In this document: positions 45,441 through 55,125 of the stretch, piece by piece
Layout: every line of letters starts with the position of its first letter
How positions within the stretch are numbered: position 1 is the first letter of the stretch
NCBI GenBank assembly: GCA_012730105.1
Contig: JAAYBJ010000003.1
Coordinates: 13,450 to 77,449, forward strand
Source: Candidatus Hydrogenedentota bacterium
GTDB lineage: Bacteria; Hydrogenedentota; Hydrogenedentia; Hydrogenedentales; CAITNO01
Reading direction: 5' to 3'
DNA length: 64,000 nucleotides
Made by a program: the position numbers and the translations under genes
The notes under the pieces: generated by a model
The model's database searches: none
Seen by the model: only the letters and a program-made list of their open reading frames with translations
Told to the model about the DNA's origin: nothing

Positions 45441-48400
45441 ATGAAAAAGATACTGGTAAGTGTTTTGGGTCTTGCGATCTGCCTGCTGCCGATGGCGGTA
45501 TTTGCCGCTCCCGGTGATGTGCCCATGCCGGATACGGTCCTGGAGGCTGCCGTTGAAGCGGAAATCGGCGATGACGGGGTCAGCGGCGCTGTGGACAGCA
45601 CCCTGCTGCTGAACCTCGTCCAATTGGGCGGGCTCGATGATTTTCCCAACCAACTGGTCACCGGCGTAACGGACTTAACGGGGCTGGAAGCGGCAACAAA
45701 TCTCGAGTTTTTGCTGTTGTTAAACGGTGATATCGACAGTCTGGAACCAGTTGCGGATTTGCCCGCCTTAACCGGCCTGGCCCTGTTCGATATGGGCGTT
45801 GAGGACGCCGATGTGGCGGAACTTGCCGCCGGAACCGCTGAACCTGTTGCGTTACTGATTTCAAACCTGGGAACAGGAACTCCGAACGACCTGACCACCA
45901 CGGGTATTAATAGTATTGGTCAGATCGGCAGTATTGTGGAACTGTCTCTGTCGGGCTTGGGAAATGAATTTGACATCTCAGGTTTAAGCACCTTGTCGCT
46001 GGGGGATTTGGGTTTTGGTCTTGGACTGTCCATGGACGGCAATACCATTGTGGACGGGTTTGAAGTTATCGCCGGGTTTACAGGCCTGACGGCGCTTTCA
46101 CTTGGCCAAACAGGCATTACCAGTGCAGACTTGGACCTCGTTGACTGGTCCCTGATGACCAGCCTGGGGGAATTGCTGCTGCCCTTCAATGCCATTACGG
46201 ATATTTCCATGTTGCTGGATCTCGGAGCTCCGTCCGGCGCAATTATAGACCTTGCCGGCAACCCCCTTGATAATGCCGCTGTATGTACGCATATCCCCGC
46301 GTTAGTAACTGCCGGTTATACCGTTTTGGATGGCCAGGTTCTCCCCTGTGGTTCCCCAGTACTTACCCTGACTCTGAACGGTGTAGGCGAAATCAATCCC
46401 GCGCCAGGTGAGTACCGCTATGAGGTCGGTACGGAAGTGTTTCTAAATGCCAACCAGATCAGCGGCGGTGGTGTTTTTTCCCATTGGACTGGTGACGTGG
46501 CGGATCCTAGCAACCCGAACACCAGCATCGTCATGAATGCAGACGAGGCTGTGGAGGCGGTGTTTGTGGATGGCGACTATACATTGACGATCCAGTACGC
46601 CGGGGACGGAACGGGCGTTACCTCTCCCCCGGCAGGCGTATGGGCCTATCAGGACGGGGCTTCCGTTGGCTTGAATTTTACCCCCGACCCGGGCAATTTC
46701 TGGGGCGGCTGGCAGGGGGATCTTACGGGCATTATCGCCAATACGATCATCATGGACAGCGACAAAACGGTTACGGCCGTATTCGGCGCCACAGGTTATG
46801 ATTTGATCATCGGCGTAAATGATACAGATCTGGGCTTTACCTTTCCGGTGATGGGCACGTATCCCCTTGCAACGGGAACCGTGGTGGATATCAACGCGAT
46901 TGTGGACTTCTCCGAGCCAACCTATATTTTCGGTGAATGGACCGGTGATATCGGCACGGCCGATCCTGCCAACCCAGAACTGCAGGTCACCATGGACCAG
47001 GCGCGTACCGTCACCGCCAACTTCAGAAAACCTGAGTTAACCATCAGCATCACTGGGGAAGGGACAACGAATCCCGTACCGGGAGTATATCCGTATGACA
47101 ACGGCGCCTTTGCCGCTGTGACTGCGACACCCGCCGATGGATGGTTTTTCGTCGGTTGGCAAGGTGATGCGGAAGGGGCAGGTGAATTAAATATTTTGAT
47201 GGACGGCGACAAGGCGGTAACAGCGGTATTCGAACAGATTCCCGTCTATACGCTGACCATTAATGCCGCTGATGGTGGTTCCACTAATCCGCCAGCGGGA
47301 AGTTATCCCTATGATGAAGGTGCCGTTGTGGAAATAACTGCCACACCGGAGACAGGATGGCAATTCCTTCGCTGGGAGGGCGACGTTACCAGTACCGACC
47401 CCTCCACTTTGGTTAATATGGATGGCGATAAAACAGTAACGCCCGTTTTTGAAATTTTATCCTACGATGTCACCATTAATGTTGTAGGCAATGGAACGAC
47501 CTTGCCTGCCGCAGGTACCTCTCCATGGGATTACGGGTCGGTAGTGATGATCACGGCCACTCCTGCAACTGGATGGCAATTTGTACGCTGGGAAGGCGAC
47601 TTTTCTGTTCCGAATCCGGAAGTGCCCAACTTCGCTGAAGTAGAAGTGGACGGTCCGAAAACCGTAACCGCGGTGTTCGAACAGATTACCTATACACTGA
47701 CTATTTCAGTGGCAGGCGATGGCACTACAGATCCCCCTACAGGCGGGGTTTACACTTCAGGTACGCCTGTAACGATTACAGCCCAGCCTGCGGATGGTTG
47801 GAACTTTGCCAGATGGGAAGGGGATGTTTCCGGTACGGAATCCACACTATCGTTCACTATGGATAGCGACATATCCGTTACGGCGGTCTTTGAAGAGCAA
47901 ATAATTGAAGGCGAGGGTGAAACCCCTGTTGAAGGCGAAGGCGAAGCCCCTGTTGAGGGTGAAGGTGAAGAACCCATTGAAGGCGAAGGCGAAGAGCCCG
48001 TCGAAGGCGAAGGTGAAGAACCCGTCGAAGGCGAAGGCGAAGAGCCCGTCGAAGGCGAAGGTGAAGAACCCGTCGAAGGCGAAGGTGAAGAACCCGTCGA
48101 AGGCGAAGGTGAAGAACCTGTCGAAGGCGAAGGCGAAGAACCTGTCGAAGGCGAAGGCGAAGAACCTGTCGAAGGCGAAGGTGAAGAACCTGTCGAAGGC
48201 GAAGGTGAAGAACCTGTCGAAGGCGAAGGTGAAGAACCTGTCGAAGGCGAAGGTGAAGAACCTGTCGAAGGTGAAGGTGAAGCCCCTGTCGAAGGCGAAG
48301 GTGAAGAACCTGTCGAAGGCGAAGGTGAAGAACCTGTCGAAGGTGAAGGTGAAGCCCCTGTCGAAGGTGAAGGCGAAGAGCCTGTCGAAGGCGAAGGCGA

Positions 48401-48689
48401 AGAACCTGTCGAAGGCGAAGGTGAAGCCCCCGTTGAGGGCGAAGGTGAAGTAACCGCCGAAGGCGAGGGCGAAGAACCTGTCGAAGGTGAAGGCGAAGAG
48501 CCTGTCGAAGGCGAGGGTGAAACCCCCGTTGAGGGCGAAGGCGAGGGCGAAGAAGAAGCCTGCGGTTGCTGCCAGCAGAATGAAAAAGCCCTTACCATAA
48601 AAGAAATGGTAGAAAAGAGTTTGGGCGACTGGCTGTTAATCGGCGTAAGCCTTCTTGGACTTACGGCTTTGGCCGGTATGCGCAAATAA
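45441..48689 (+). CDS. Secreted acidic-repeat protein B, internalin-like: signal peptide, leucine-rich repeats, about 8 InlB-B-repeat (Listeria-Bacteroides repeat)-type domains, about 27 copies of EGEGEEPV, Cys-rich/GDWLLIG C-terminal anchor
   Basis: AAAGGGA RBS. Signal peptide [25 protein letters not shown]-like LxxLxxLxLxxNxI segments. Repeated YTLTIxxxGxGTxxPxxGxYxYxxGxxVxLxAxPxxGWxFxxWxGD modules. C-terminus [43 protein letters not shown]. Confidence 0.85.
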   Translation: MKKILVSVLGLAICLLPMAVFAAPGDVPMPDTVLEAAVEAEIGDDGVSGAVDSTLLLNLVQLGGLDDFPNQLVTGVTDLTGLEAATNLEFLLLLNGDIDSLEPVADLPALTGLALFDMGVEDADVAELAAGTAEPVALLISNLGTGTPNDLTTTGINSIGQIGSIVELSLSGLGNEFDISGLSTLSLGDLGFGLGLSMDGNTIVDGFEVIAGFTGLTALSLGQTGITSADLDLVDWSLMTSLGELLLPFNAITDISMLLDLGAPSGAIIDLAGNPLDNAAVCTHIPALVTAGYTVLDGQVLPCGSPVLTLTLNGVGEINPAPGEYRYEVGTEVFLNANQISGGGVFSHWTGDVADPSNPNTSIVMNADEAVEAVFVDGDYTLTIQYAGDGTGVTSPPAGVWAYQDGASVGLNFTPDPGNFWGGWQGDLTGIIANTIIMDSDKTVTAVFGATGYDLIIGVNDTDLGFTFPVMGTYPLATGTVVDINAIVDFSEPTYIFGEWTGDIGTADPANPELQVTMDQARTVTANFRKPELTISITGEGTTNPVPGVYPYDNGAFAAVTATPADGWFFVGWQGDAEGAGELNILMDGDKAVTAVFEQIPVYTLTINAADGGSTNPPAGSYPYDEGAVVEITATPETGWQFLRWEGDVTSTDPSTLVNMDGDKTVTPVFEILSYDVTINVVGNGTTLPAAGTSPWDYGSVVMITATPATGWQFVRWEGDFSVPNPEVPNFAEVEVDGPKTVTAVFEQITYTLTISVAGDGTTDPPTGGVYTSGTPVTITAQPADGWNFARWEGDVSGTESTLSFTMDSDISVTAVFEEQIIEGEGETPVEGEGEAPVEGEGEEPIEGEGEEPVEGEGEEPVEGEGEEPVEGEGEEPVEGEGEEPVEGEGEEPVEGEGEEPVEGEGEEPVEGEGEEPVEGEGEEPVEGEGEEPVEGEGEEPVEGEGEAPVEGEGEEPVEGEGEEPVEGEGEAPVEGEGEEPVEGEGEEPVEGEGEAPVEGEGEVTAEGEGEEPVEGEGEEPVEGEGETPVEGEGEGEEEACGCCQQNEKALTIKEMVEKSLGDWLLIGVSLLGLTALAGMRK
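47905..48555 (+). repeat. Near-perfect 24-bp coding tandem repeats (GAAGGCGAAGGTGAAGAACCTGTC x about 27) encoding EGEGEEPV
   Basis: Direct reading. Copies differ mostly at synonymous third positions (gag/gaa, ccc/cct, gtc/gtt). Confidence 0.85.
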
Positions 48690-48705
48690 TCTTCCATAAT
48701 TAATT

Positions 48706-48746
48706 GCGGGGCCGCTTCAGCAATGAAGCGGCCCCGTTTGCTTTAT
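48706..48746 (+). terminator. Rho-independent terminator after gene B
   Basis: 13-bp GC-rich stem CGGGGCCGCTTCA/TGAAGCGGCCCCG with loop GCAA, followed by TTTGCTTTAT. Confidence 0.7.
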
Positions 48747-48920
48747 AACGCTGTGGAAATTGATGTGATGGACCTCACCCTGAATACAGCGGCATGAAAC
48801 ACAGGACTGTTTCCCGAACGACCAGTCCGCGCATCACCAGCGCAGTGCGCGCATTACAGGCGGAGAATGCCGGTATAGTTCCTGTGGCAAGGACAAAAAC
48901 TGCCTTAAATCGTCAGACAA

Positions 48921-49880
48921 TCAATCGCCCGCCCAGCGGGCTTTCTTGCTGAGCAGCCCCTCTATGATCAGGTCGGTGGCCTCGTCCTCGGTCAGCCCCC
49001 TGCTCAACAGGGTCTGGAGCTGCCTGGAATCCACGCTGCCGATGGCGGCTTCGTGGGTGATATGGGCGCTTGGATTGCGCACCTCCACGGTGGGCACCGC
49101 CCTTGCCACGGCGCGGCCGAGCACAATTTCCTTGCAGTCCACATGGCCGCGTGCACGGTCGCCGGTGGCTACAAGGTCGTTATAGATTTCGGCAGAGGCA
49201 TCGTCACGGAGCGCGATATGGGAGATCAGGGCTGCCCGGGCGTCCTCACCCGACAGCAGGGCTTTTTCATGAATCACAATGGTATCGTCGCCGCGCCCGT
49301 TGATGCGGGCGGTCATCTCCACCACACTTCGGGCGTGGCACACGGTATCGTATTCGAAATCAATCCGTCCGGCCCGCCCCTTGATTAATTCAAATTCCGT
49401 GGTGAACTCCGCCCCTTCATGAACGATCACTTTTGCGCGGGGCACTACATTGACCCCACCGCCGGGCCCGTGGACATGGCGTTCGAAGTAAGCGTAACGG
49501 GCGCCGGGTTCCACCGCTATCACCGCATCCATGGTATGCTGCACGTTTATCGCGTTCGGGAACGTGCAGTGGGCCAGGAAGGACGCGCGGGCATCCTGTT
49601 TGACTCGAATGTCGAGGGCGATGTGCTGCAGGCCGTTTTCGGGCAGCACACCGAAACAGATATGAACCGGTTTTTCAAGGTGCGCGCCGTCATCGACGGA
49701 TATCACGGCATTGATGCCGGTGTCCGTTTCGTCGGCGTCCACGTGAAGTCCTTTCACGAGTTTGAGCCCCACAACGCGGTTCTCATGAATTTCTATGCGC
49801 GCCACATCGTCCCCGAAGGGATGCGCGGGATCCATGCCGATGGATTGAAGCAATTCCGCCACCACGTCTTTTTTGGTCAT
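48921..49880 (-). CDS. Fe-S cluster assembly protein, SufB/SufD family
   Basis: About 320 aa with SufBD-like beta-helix region. Start MTKKDVVAELL at 49880 overlaps the sufC stop (translational coupling). Confidence 0.75.
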   Translation of the reverse strand: MTKKDVVAELLQSIGMDPAHPFGDDVARIEIHENRVVGLKLVKGLHVDADETDTGINAVISVDDGAHLEKPVHICFGVLPENGLQHIALDIRVKQDARASFLAHCTFPNAINVQHTMDAVIAVEPGARYAYFERHVHGPGGGVNVVPRAKVIVHEGAEFTTEFELIKGRAGRIDFEYDTVCHARSVVEMTARINGRGDDTIVIHEKALLSGEDARAALISHIALRDDASAEIYNDLVATGDRARGHVDCKEIVLGRAVARAVPTVEVRNPSAHITHEAAIGSVDSRQLQTLLSRGLTEDEATDLIIEGLLSKKARWAGD

Positions 49881-50614
49881 GCCTTGATCTCCGTCAGCGC
49901 AGGCTGGTTGATGTGGTCGCAGGCAATGCATTTGTTGGCGAAATATTTTCCGATTTTTTTCACGCCGCCCTTGTCCAAAAGTTTCCCCTGGCAGATGAGA
50001 AAGGCATGATCGGCCTGTTCGAGCACAGCCATGCTGTGGGTGATCATAACAACCGTAACGCCCTTGTCTTTCAGGTGGCGTAGCCCCTCGAAAATATACT
50101 GGAGCGCCTCCACATCGATGCCGGAATCCGGCTCATCCATGAGAATAAGGCGCGGTTCCATAGCAAGGATGGAAGCCAGTTCAATCCGCTTGCGCTCTCC
50201 GCCGCTCAGGGTACGGTCCACGCTGCGGTGCATATATCGCTCCGGTTCAAGCCCGAGCGCCCCAAGCAGTTCCTTGACATAAGCGGTGTCTTTGCGTTGC
50301 GAGCCGGCTGTAATGAAACGCGGCACAGACAGTCCCTCAAAGCGGGCCGGTTCCTGCCAGGCGAGGGTAATGCCCCGACGCGCCCGTTCATCCACAGCCA
50401 CCCCCTTCAGGGATTGCCCGTCATAAAGAATGTCGCCCTCGTAATTCGTATAGCCGTGGAGGCCCATGATGGCGCTGGCCAGGGTCGACTTGCCGGCGCC
50501 GTTCGGACCAATCACCGCATGGATGTGGCCGCGCCAGAAGTCGAGGGAGAGGTCGTCCAGTATCTTCTTGTTATCAAGGGTGAGCGTTACATTGTTTACG
50601 GATAGGATATTCAT
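49877..50614 (-). CDS. sufC: Fe-S cluster assembly ATPase SufC
   Basis: Walker [10 protein letters not shown], signature LSGGERKR, Walker B LILMDEPDSG. Start MNILSVNN at 50614. Confidence 0.9.
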   Translation of the reverse strand: MNILSVNNVTLTLDNKKILDDLSLDFWRGHIHAVIGPNGAGKSTLASAIMGLHGYTNYEGDILYDGQSLKGVAVDERARRGITLAWQEPARFEGLSVPRFITAGSQRKDTAYVKELLGALGLEPERYMHRSVDRTLSGGERKRIELASILAMEPRLILMDEPDSGIDVEALQYIFEGLRHLKDKGVTVVMITHSMAVLEQADHAFLICQGKLLDKGGVKKIGKYFANKCIACDHINQPALTEIKA

Positions 50615-50892
50615 TTTCGTTCCGTTTTTAGTGGGAAAATACGCGTTGACGGCGCCCGGAACACACCTGTCTCGGATCAGGATGCCATCACAAACCGGCG
50701 CGGGAACCGTGCCGATATAGTACCACAAAGATTCGGCGGACTGCCCACTTTACCGCGTCTTGGGTCGCGTCGCCCTTTTTCCCGGCGCATCAGGAATAAG
50801 CACCGGGCAGAAGGTGTTTGTTATAATAGTGTAAGTGTTTATACGTGTCAACGCATGCGTTGGTAACTAAACCAAAAACGGGAGGATACCCC

Positions 50893-51486
50893 ATGAGTTT
50901 CAAACAACCAGAACTGCCCTATGACCTGAAAGCGCTAAGCCCCTTTGTGTCCGAAGAGCAAATGAGTTTCCACTATGGAAAGCATCATGCCGCGTATTTT
51001 ACCAACCTGAACGGCCTGGTGGACGGCAAGGCCGAATCGGACATGCCTCTAAAAGAGGTGGTTCTGAAATCGGAAGGCCCTGTGTTCAATAATGCGGCCC
51101 AGGCATGGAATCACAGTTTCTTCTGGCACTGCATGTCCCCTTCGGGGGGCGGGGCGCCTTCAGCGGACCTTGTCACGCATATTGAACGTGACTTCGGTTC
51201 CTTTGACGACTTCAAATCTCAGTTTTCCACGGCCGCGGCCAAGTTGTTCGGTTCCGGCTGGGCCTGGCTTGCGATGGACAGCGCGGGTAAACTGGAGATC
51301 ATGGCGCTGAGTAATGCTGACACGCCGCTGCGTCACGGCAAGGAGCCCATCCTGACGCTGGACGTCTGGGAACACGCCTACTACATCGACTATCGCAATC
51401 AGCGCCCGAAGTTTATCGAAGGCTTTTGGGATGTGGTCAACTGGGATTTTGTCAAGCAGTCCCTCGGCACACCCTTTAAGGAATAG
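50893..51486 (+). CDS. Fe/Mn superoxide dismutase
   Basis: FHYGKHHAAY, DVWEHAYYIDY metal-binding motifs. GGGAGGA RBS. Confidence 0.95.
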   Translation: MSFKQPELPYDLKALSPFVSEEQMSFHYGKHHAAYFTNLNGLVDGKAESDMPLKEVVLKSEGPVFNNAAQAWNHSFFWHCMSPSGGGAPSADLVTHIERDFGSFDDFKSQFSTAAAKLFGSGWAWLAMDSAGKLEIMALSNADTPLRHGKEPILTLDVWEHAYYIDYRNQRPKFIEGFWDVVNWDFVKQSLGTPFKE

Positions 51487-51514
51487 GCGCCTAAGGGCAA
51501 AGACTTAATTCAAA

Positions 51515-51543
51515 CCGCCGGAAGGGTATGCATCCTTCCGGCG
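51515..51543. terminator. Possible bidirectional terminator hairpin between convergent SOD and SGNH genes
   Basis: CCGCCGGAAGG-gtatgcat-CCTTCCGGCG. 10-bp stem; flanks are modestly T-rich. Confidence 0.4.
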
Positions 51544-51575
51544 ACTTTCATTACGTAGTAAAGCGCAAAGCCCGG

Positions 51576-52865
51576 TCAGGGCAGTTCGCGCAGTTTGATG
51601 TTCCGGTAGTCCAGCCGGGAACCATGGTCCTGCAGCCCGATAAATCCCGCAGTGCGCAGAACGCCGGGGTGGTCTTTCGCCCTGTCCTTGAAGGTGCTGA
51701 TATCGCTGTTCACAATCTCCTCGCCGTTCAGTTTGACCTGGATGTTAACTCCTTCATACCGGATATACATGGTCTGCCATTCACCGGCAGCCTTGGACGC
51801 CCGTCTCGAAGGCGCGACAAGGGAATACACTGAGCCGGTAAACTGCCAGGGCTTCAAGTCCCCGAATACTTTCGTGTCATCGTCAAGCACCTGTATCTCC
51901 AGGCCCTGGTAAGCGGGGTTACCCTCAAGCGTTGAACGGACAAAGACGCCGCTGTTGCCGCCCGCGGGCACCTTGAATTCAAGTTCGAGTTCGAAATTCG
52001 CGAATTCACGGGTGGTGCCCAGCCAACCGCCGCCACCACCGTCGGTAAAGAGCATGCCATTATCCACGCCCCAGGTCAGTTTTTCCCCGCCGACCTGGCT
52101 CCAACCGGTCAGATCCTTGCCGTTGAACAAATCGCTCCACCCTTCTTCCCCCATCAGGCGGGCGATGGTCGGTTCAACCGCATGGGCCCACAGGGCGTAG
52201 CCGAGTTCATTAGGATGGAGGAAATCGGGCATGACTTCTTTTGTCAACACGCCTTCACGGTTCAGAAAGGCCCGGTTGATGTCCAGGAACTCGACCATGG
52301 GATCTTCGGCTGCCGGGGCAAAGAGCGCGGTAGCCTGGCGCAGTTTTTCCTGGTTGTCCTTGTCGACATCCGTGCGTGGGAAAATGGCCAGCAGTAGGAT
52401 TTTCATGTCGGGCAGCGTTGCGCGCAGTTTGGCCACAATGGCTTTGACGCCTTCGGCGATTTCTTCCGCCGTATTGTCGCCAAAATTGTTGGTGCCGATC
52501 ATAATGACCGCCAGTTTCGGGCTGATACCCGCCAGGTGTCCATTCTCAAGCCGCCATAACACATGCTGGGTACGGTCGCCTGAAAAGCCCATGTTCACCG
52601 CGTTGCGTTTGGCGTAGTACGTGTCCCATTCCGCTTTTCCGGCGCTTTCCCACCCGTGAGTGATGGAATCGCCTATCATGAGCAGGTCCACGTTGCCCTC
52701 CTTGATGCGGGCGTTGACGGCGTCATTCCGCTGGGTCCACCAGTCGTCCGGTCGGGGCACGGGGGTCACTGTGGATTCCGCGCAGGCAACCGAAACCGCA
52801 AGCGCCATACAACACGCCGTCGCGAGAAATAAACGAGAAGCCCAAATGCTGCCTTGGTTTTTCAT
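51576..52865 (-). CDS. Secreted SGNH/GDSL hydrolase fused to a DUF1080 (3-keto-disaccharide hydrolase-like, LamG-fold) domain
   Basis: LLMIGDSITHGW GDSL motif and DxxH near FLHPNELGY. The C-terminal GWxxxGxxxW...QDHG pattern is typical of DUF1080. Confidence 0.8.
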   Translation of the reverse strand: MKNQGSIWASRLFLATACCMALAVSVACAESTVTPVPRPDDWWTQRNDAVNARIKEGNVDLLMIGDSITHGWESAGKAEWDTYYAKRNAVNMGFSGDRTQHVLWRLENGHLAGISPKLAVIMIGTNNFGDNTAEEIAEGVKAIVAKLRATLPDMKILLLAIFPRTDVDKDNQEKLRQATALFAPAAEDPMVEFLDINRAFLNREGVLTKEVMPDFLHPNELGYALWAHAVEPTIARLMGEEGWSDLFNGKDLTGWSQVGGEKLTWGVDNGMLFTDGGGGGWLGTTREFANFELELEFKVPAGGNSGVFVRSTLEGNPAYQGLEIQVLDDDTKVFGDLKPWQFTGSVYSLVAPSRRASKAAGEWQTMYIRYEGVNIQVKLNGEEIVNSDISTFKDRAKDHPGVLRTAGFIGLQDHGSRLDYRNIKLRELP

Positions 52866-52905
52866 GTCTTCTTTTCCTTCATCGTCCGGGTTATCACCTT
52901 ATACC

Positions 52906-54150
52906 TTACACAAAAGCCGGGCGCGTCATGGCCGCCCAGTCTTTCTTGAACACAAAGAAATTAATGCCGTCCGCGCCGTTCTCTCTTGCAAGGCGGGCGG
53001 TGTCTTTCATCATGGGGTCATCAATGTAAATGATGGGCGCCAGTTCTTTGTCCTTGCCCAGGAGTGCTCGGGCACGACCCGTTTCGAGGCCGACTGTTTC
53101 CGGGGGCAGTTCTTTTTTGACGGTTTCCACGCGAGGCGCGATATCGAGCCCCGCGAATCCCGCCCAGGCCAGGATCGCGTTCACGACGGCCGCTTCTTCC
53201 GGGGCACCCGCAAGGCCGAGCTCGCCGGGCAATTCGGCCAGTTCCCAGTTCAGGCACGCGGGACCGGGATGATCCGGGTAGTTACGATAAATCATGGGCG
53301 CGAAGACGTCAACGAACTCACGCAGGTCATGATAAGACTGGCCCACGAGGGGCGCCATGCACGGGGTAAAAATATAAACGCCCATTTTCAGTCCGGCGCC
53401 GTGTATGATTGCCGATAACGCCTTGAAATGGGACGTGGTATGGGTCCGCCGGAACCGCAACCACTCCAGGATTCCGGGATGGCCCGTAAGCCATTCCAGC
53501 ATCCCGGAAGACGAGGCGAGCCGGGCGAAGAAAGATGAACGCTCTTCGGCCAGGCCAGTCAGCAAAACGTGCAACGCCGTAACGTCCCGTTTCATCAGCG
53601 AGAAATCAAAGCCGAGCTCGCCGGCCCGTTTTTCAGCCTGCTCCGAAAAATCCGTGAGGAAGGGCATCAACCCGCTGGCGGGTGACGCGAAGCGGACGCC
53701 GTCCACCAGAATGCCTGTGATGCCCTCCGTTGCCGCCATTTTCGTGTAAGACACCAAAGACGCTTCCTGTATTTCCGGGCAGCAGGGGGAGCCTGAACCG
53801 AACCATACTTGCGGTGCGCCGTGGACATCGCGCGCTTTCAGGGCGTCCTCATCGCGCACCAGGGGAAATCCGCCGCCACAGAGCCAGGCTTCCATGCCCG
53901 CACCAGTTACCGCTTCTATCACCGCGGCGCCACCGGCAACAACCACATTAAAGCCCGCATCCCGAAGCGCCCCGGCCAAAGCATTTGGATCTTCGCTTTC
54001 AAAGCCGTGCATCCAGTATTTTATGCTTGCGGCTGTCTGGTTGTCCTGCGATTCCACGGGCGCGTCCTCCGCTTTCGAGGTGACAGCCATTCCCGCGCCC
54101 AGGGCGGCCGCCTGTAAAAAAGCCCGCCTTCCAACATGCCGGTTATTCAT
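52906..54150 (-). CDS. TAT-secreted hypothetical protein (possible glycoside hydrolase-like TIM barrel)
   Basis: RRAFLQAAALGAGMAV twin-arginine signal. No recognisable catalytic motif. Confidence 0.65.
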   Translation of the reverse strand: MNNRHVGRRAFLQAAALGAGMAVTSKAEDAPVESQDNQTAASIKYWMHGFESEDPNALAGALRDAGFNVVVAGGAAVIEAVTGAGMEAWLCGGGFPLVRDEDALKARDVHGAPQVWFGSGSPCCPEIQEASLVSYTKMAATEGITGILVDGVRFASPASGLMPFLTDFSEQAEKRAGELGFDFSLMKRDVTALHVLLTGLAEERSSFFARLASSSGMLEWLTGHPGILEWLRFRRTHTTSHFKALSAIIHGAGLKMGVYIFTPCMAPLVGQSYHDLREFVDVFAPMIYRNYPDHPGPACLNWELAELPGELGLAGAPEEAAVVNAILAWAGFAGLDIAPRVETVKKELPPETVGLETGRARALLGKDKELAPIIYIDDPMMKDTARLARENGADGINFFVFKKDWAAMTRPAFV

Positions 54151-54258
54151 GAGAAATCCCTTCCGGAAACAACATTCCCCGTAACAGATTGGGGGGAATC
54201 CACAGTCGGTAATAGTATACCCCTAAGGCATTCGCGTAACAAATGCTGGAACATCATA

Positions 54259-55008
54259 TCAGCGCCGCATTTCCGGGCGCTCCAGAATATCCAAGACGCC
54301 CCGTATATCCGGCCAGGGCGACACATAATCCGCCACCGCCTTGAGACCCGGCACGGCGTTGGCCGGACAGGCGAAGAAATGCACCGCCTCACGAATGGAA
54401 ATATCGCCCATCGTGTCGCCGATGCCGGCGATATCCTCTTTTTCCAACCCGAGGCCATGTGCCAGGCCTTGAACGGCCGCGCCCTTGGTAACCCCCTTCA
54501 GGTCGATGTTCAGGTAAAAGTGGGTGGGGGTCACCTGGAGTTCCAGGCCGGGAACCGTCTCCGCGAAGGCAAGAATCCTGGGGGTAATCTCTGTGAAACA
54601 CGCGGGCTGCTCGGAAAACAGGGACATCTGCGCTTCTTTGCCGAATTGATAGATCAGCCCGGGATACTCCGGAAGCAGTTCTGAGGAAATATACTCGCGC
54701 ACCCGGTGCAGCCCCCGGATCATTTCGGCGGTAACCTCGGGGACAAAGACAGAACGGTTGTCATTTAGGGTGTAATACACCGCGCCCGCCTCGCAGATGG
54801 CCGGATAGCGGATGTCCAGCAGCTTCATCAGGACTTCCACGTAAGGCTGGGGCCGCCCGGTGCACAGGGTCATGGGTGCGAGGCCGCTTTCTCCCGCAGA
54901 AGCGGCCCGGCTCAATCCGGCCAACCGCGCGAAAAGATCCATCTCCCAGGCGCGGGACTCTTCAGGAGAGATGCATCCGTCTATATCGGAAATGATGAGT
55001 TTGGTCAT
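54259..55008 (-). CDS. HAD-superfamily hydrolase, subfamily IIB (sugar-phosphate phosphatase-like)
   Basis: Motif I IISDIDGC and motif IV GIGDTMGD. Internal ATG at 55008 (MTKLIISDIDG). Confidence 0.8.
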   Translation of the reverse strand: MTKLIISDIDGCISPEESRAWEMDLFARLAGLSRAASAGESGLAPMTLCTGRPQPYVEVLMKLLDIRYPAICEAGAVYYTLNDNRSVFVPEVTAEMIRGLHRVREYISSELLPEYPGLIYQFGKEAQMSLFSEQPACFTEITPRILAFAETVPGLELQVTPTHFYLNIDLKGVTKGAAVQGLAHGLGLEKEDIAGIGDTMGDISIREAVHFFACPANAVPGLKAVADYVSPWPDIRGVLDILERPEMRR

Positions 55009-55125
55009 GAGAAGGCTTTCTTTCACGGGATTCTTGGGGAAAAAGGCGTGTATTCACCTTAGGCAGTAGTATATCATGCCTTCGGGTTTCAATCGCACAG
55101 ACTAAGTAACACAGGGTAAACACGC

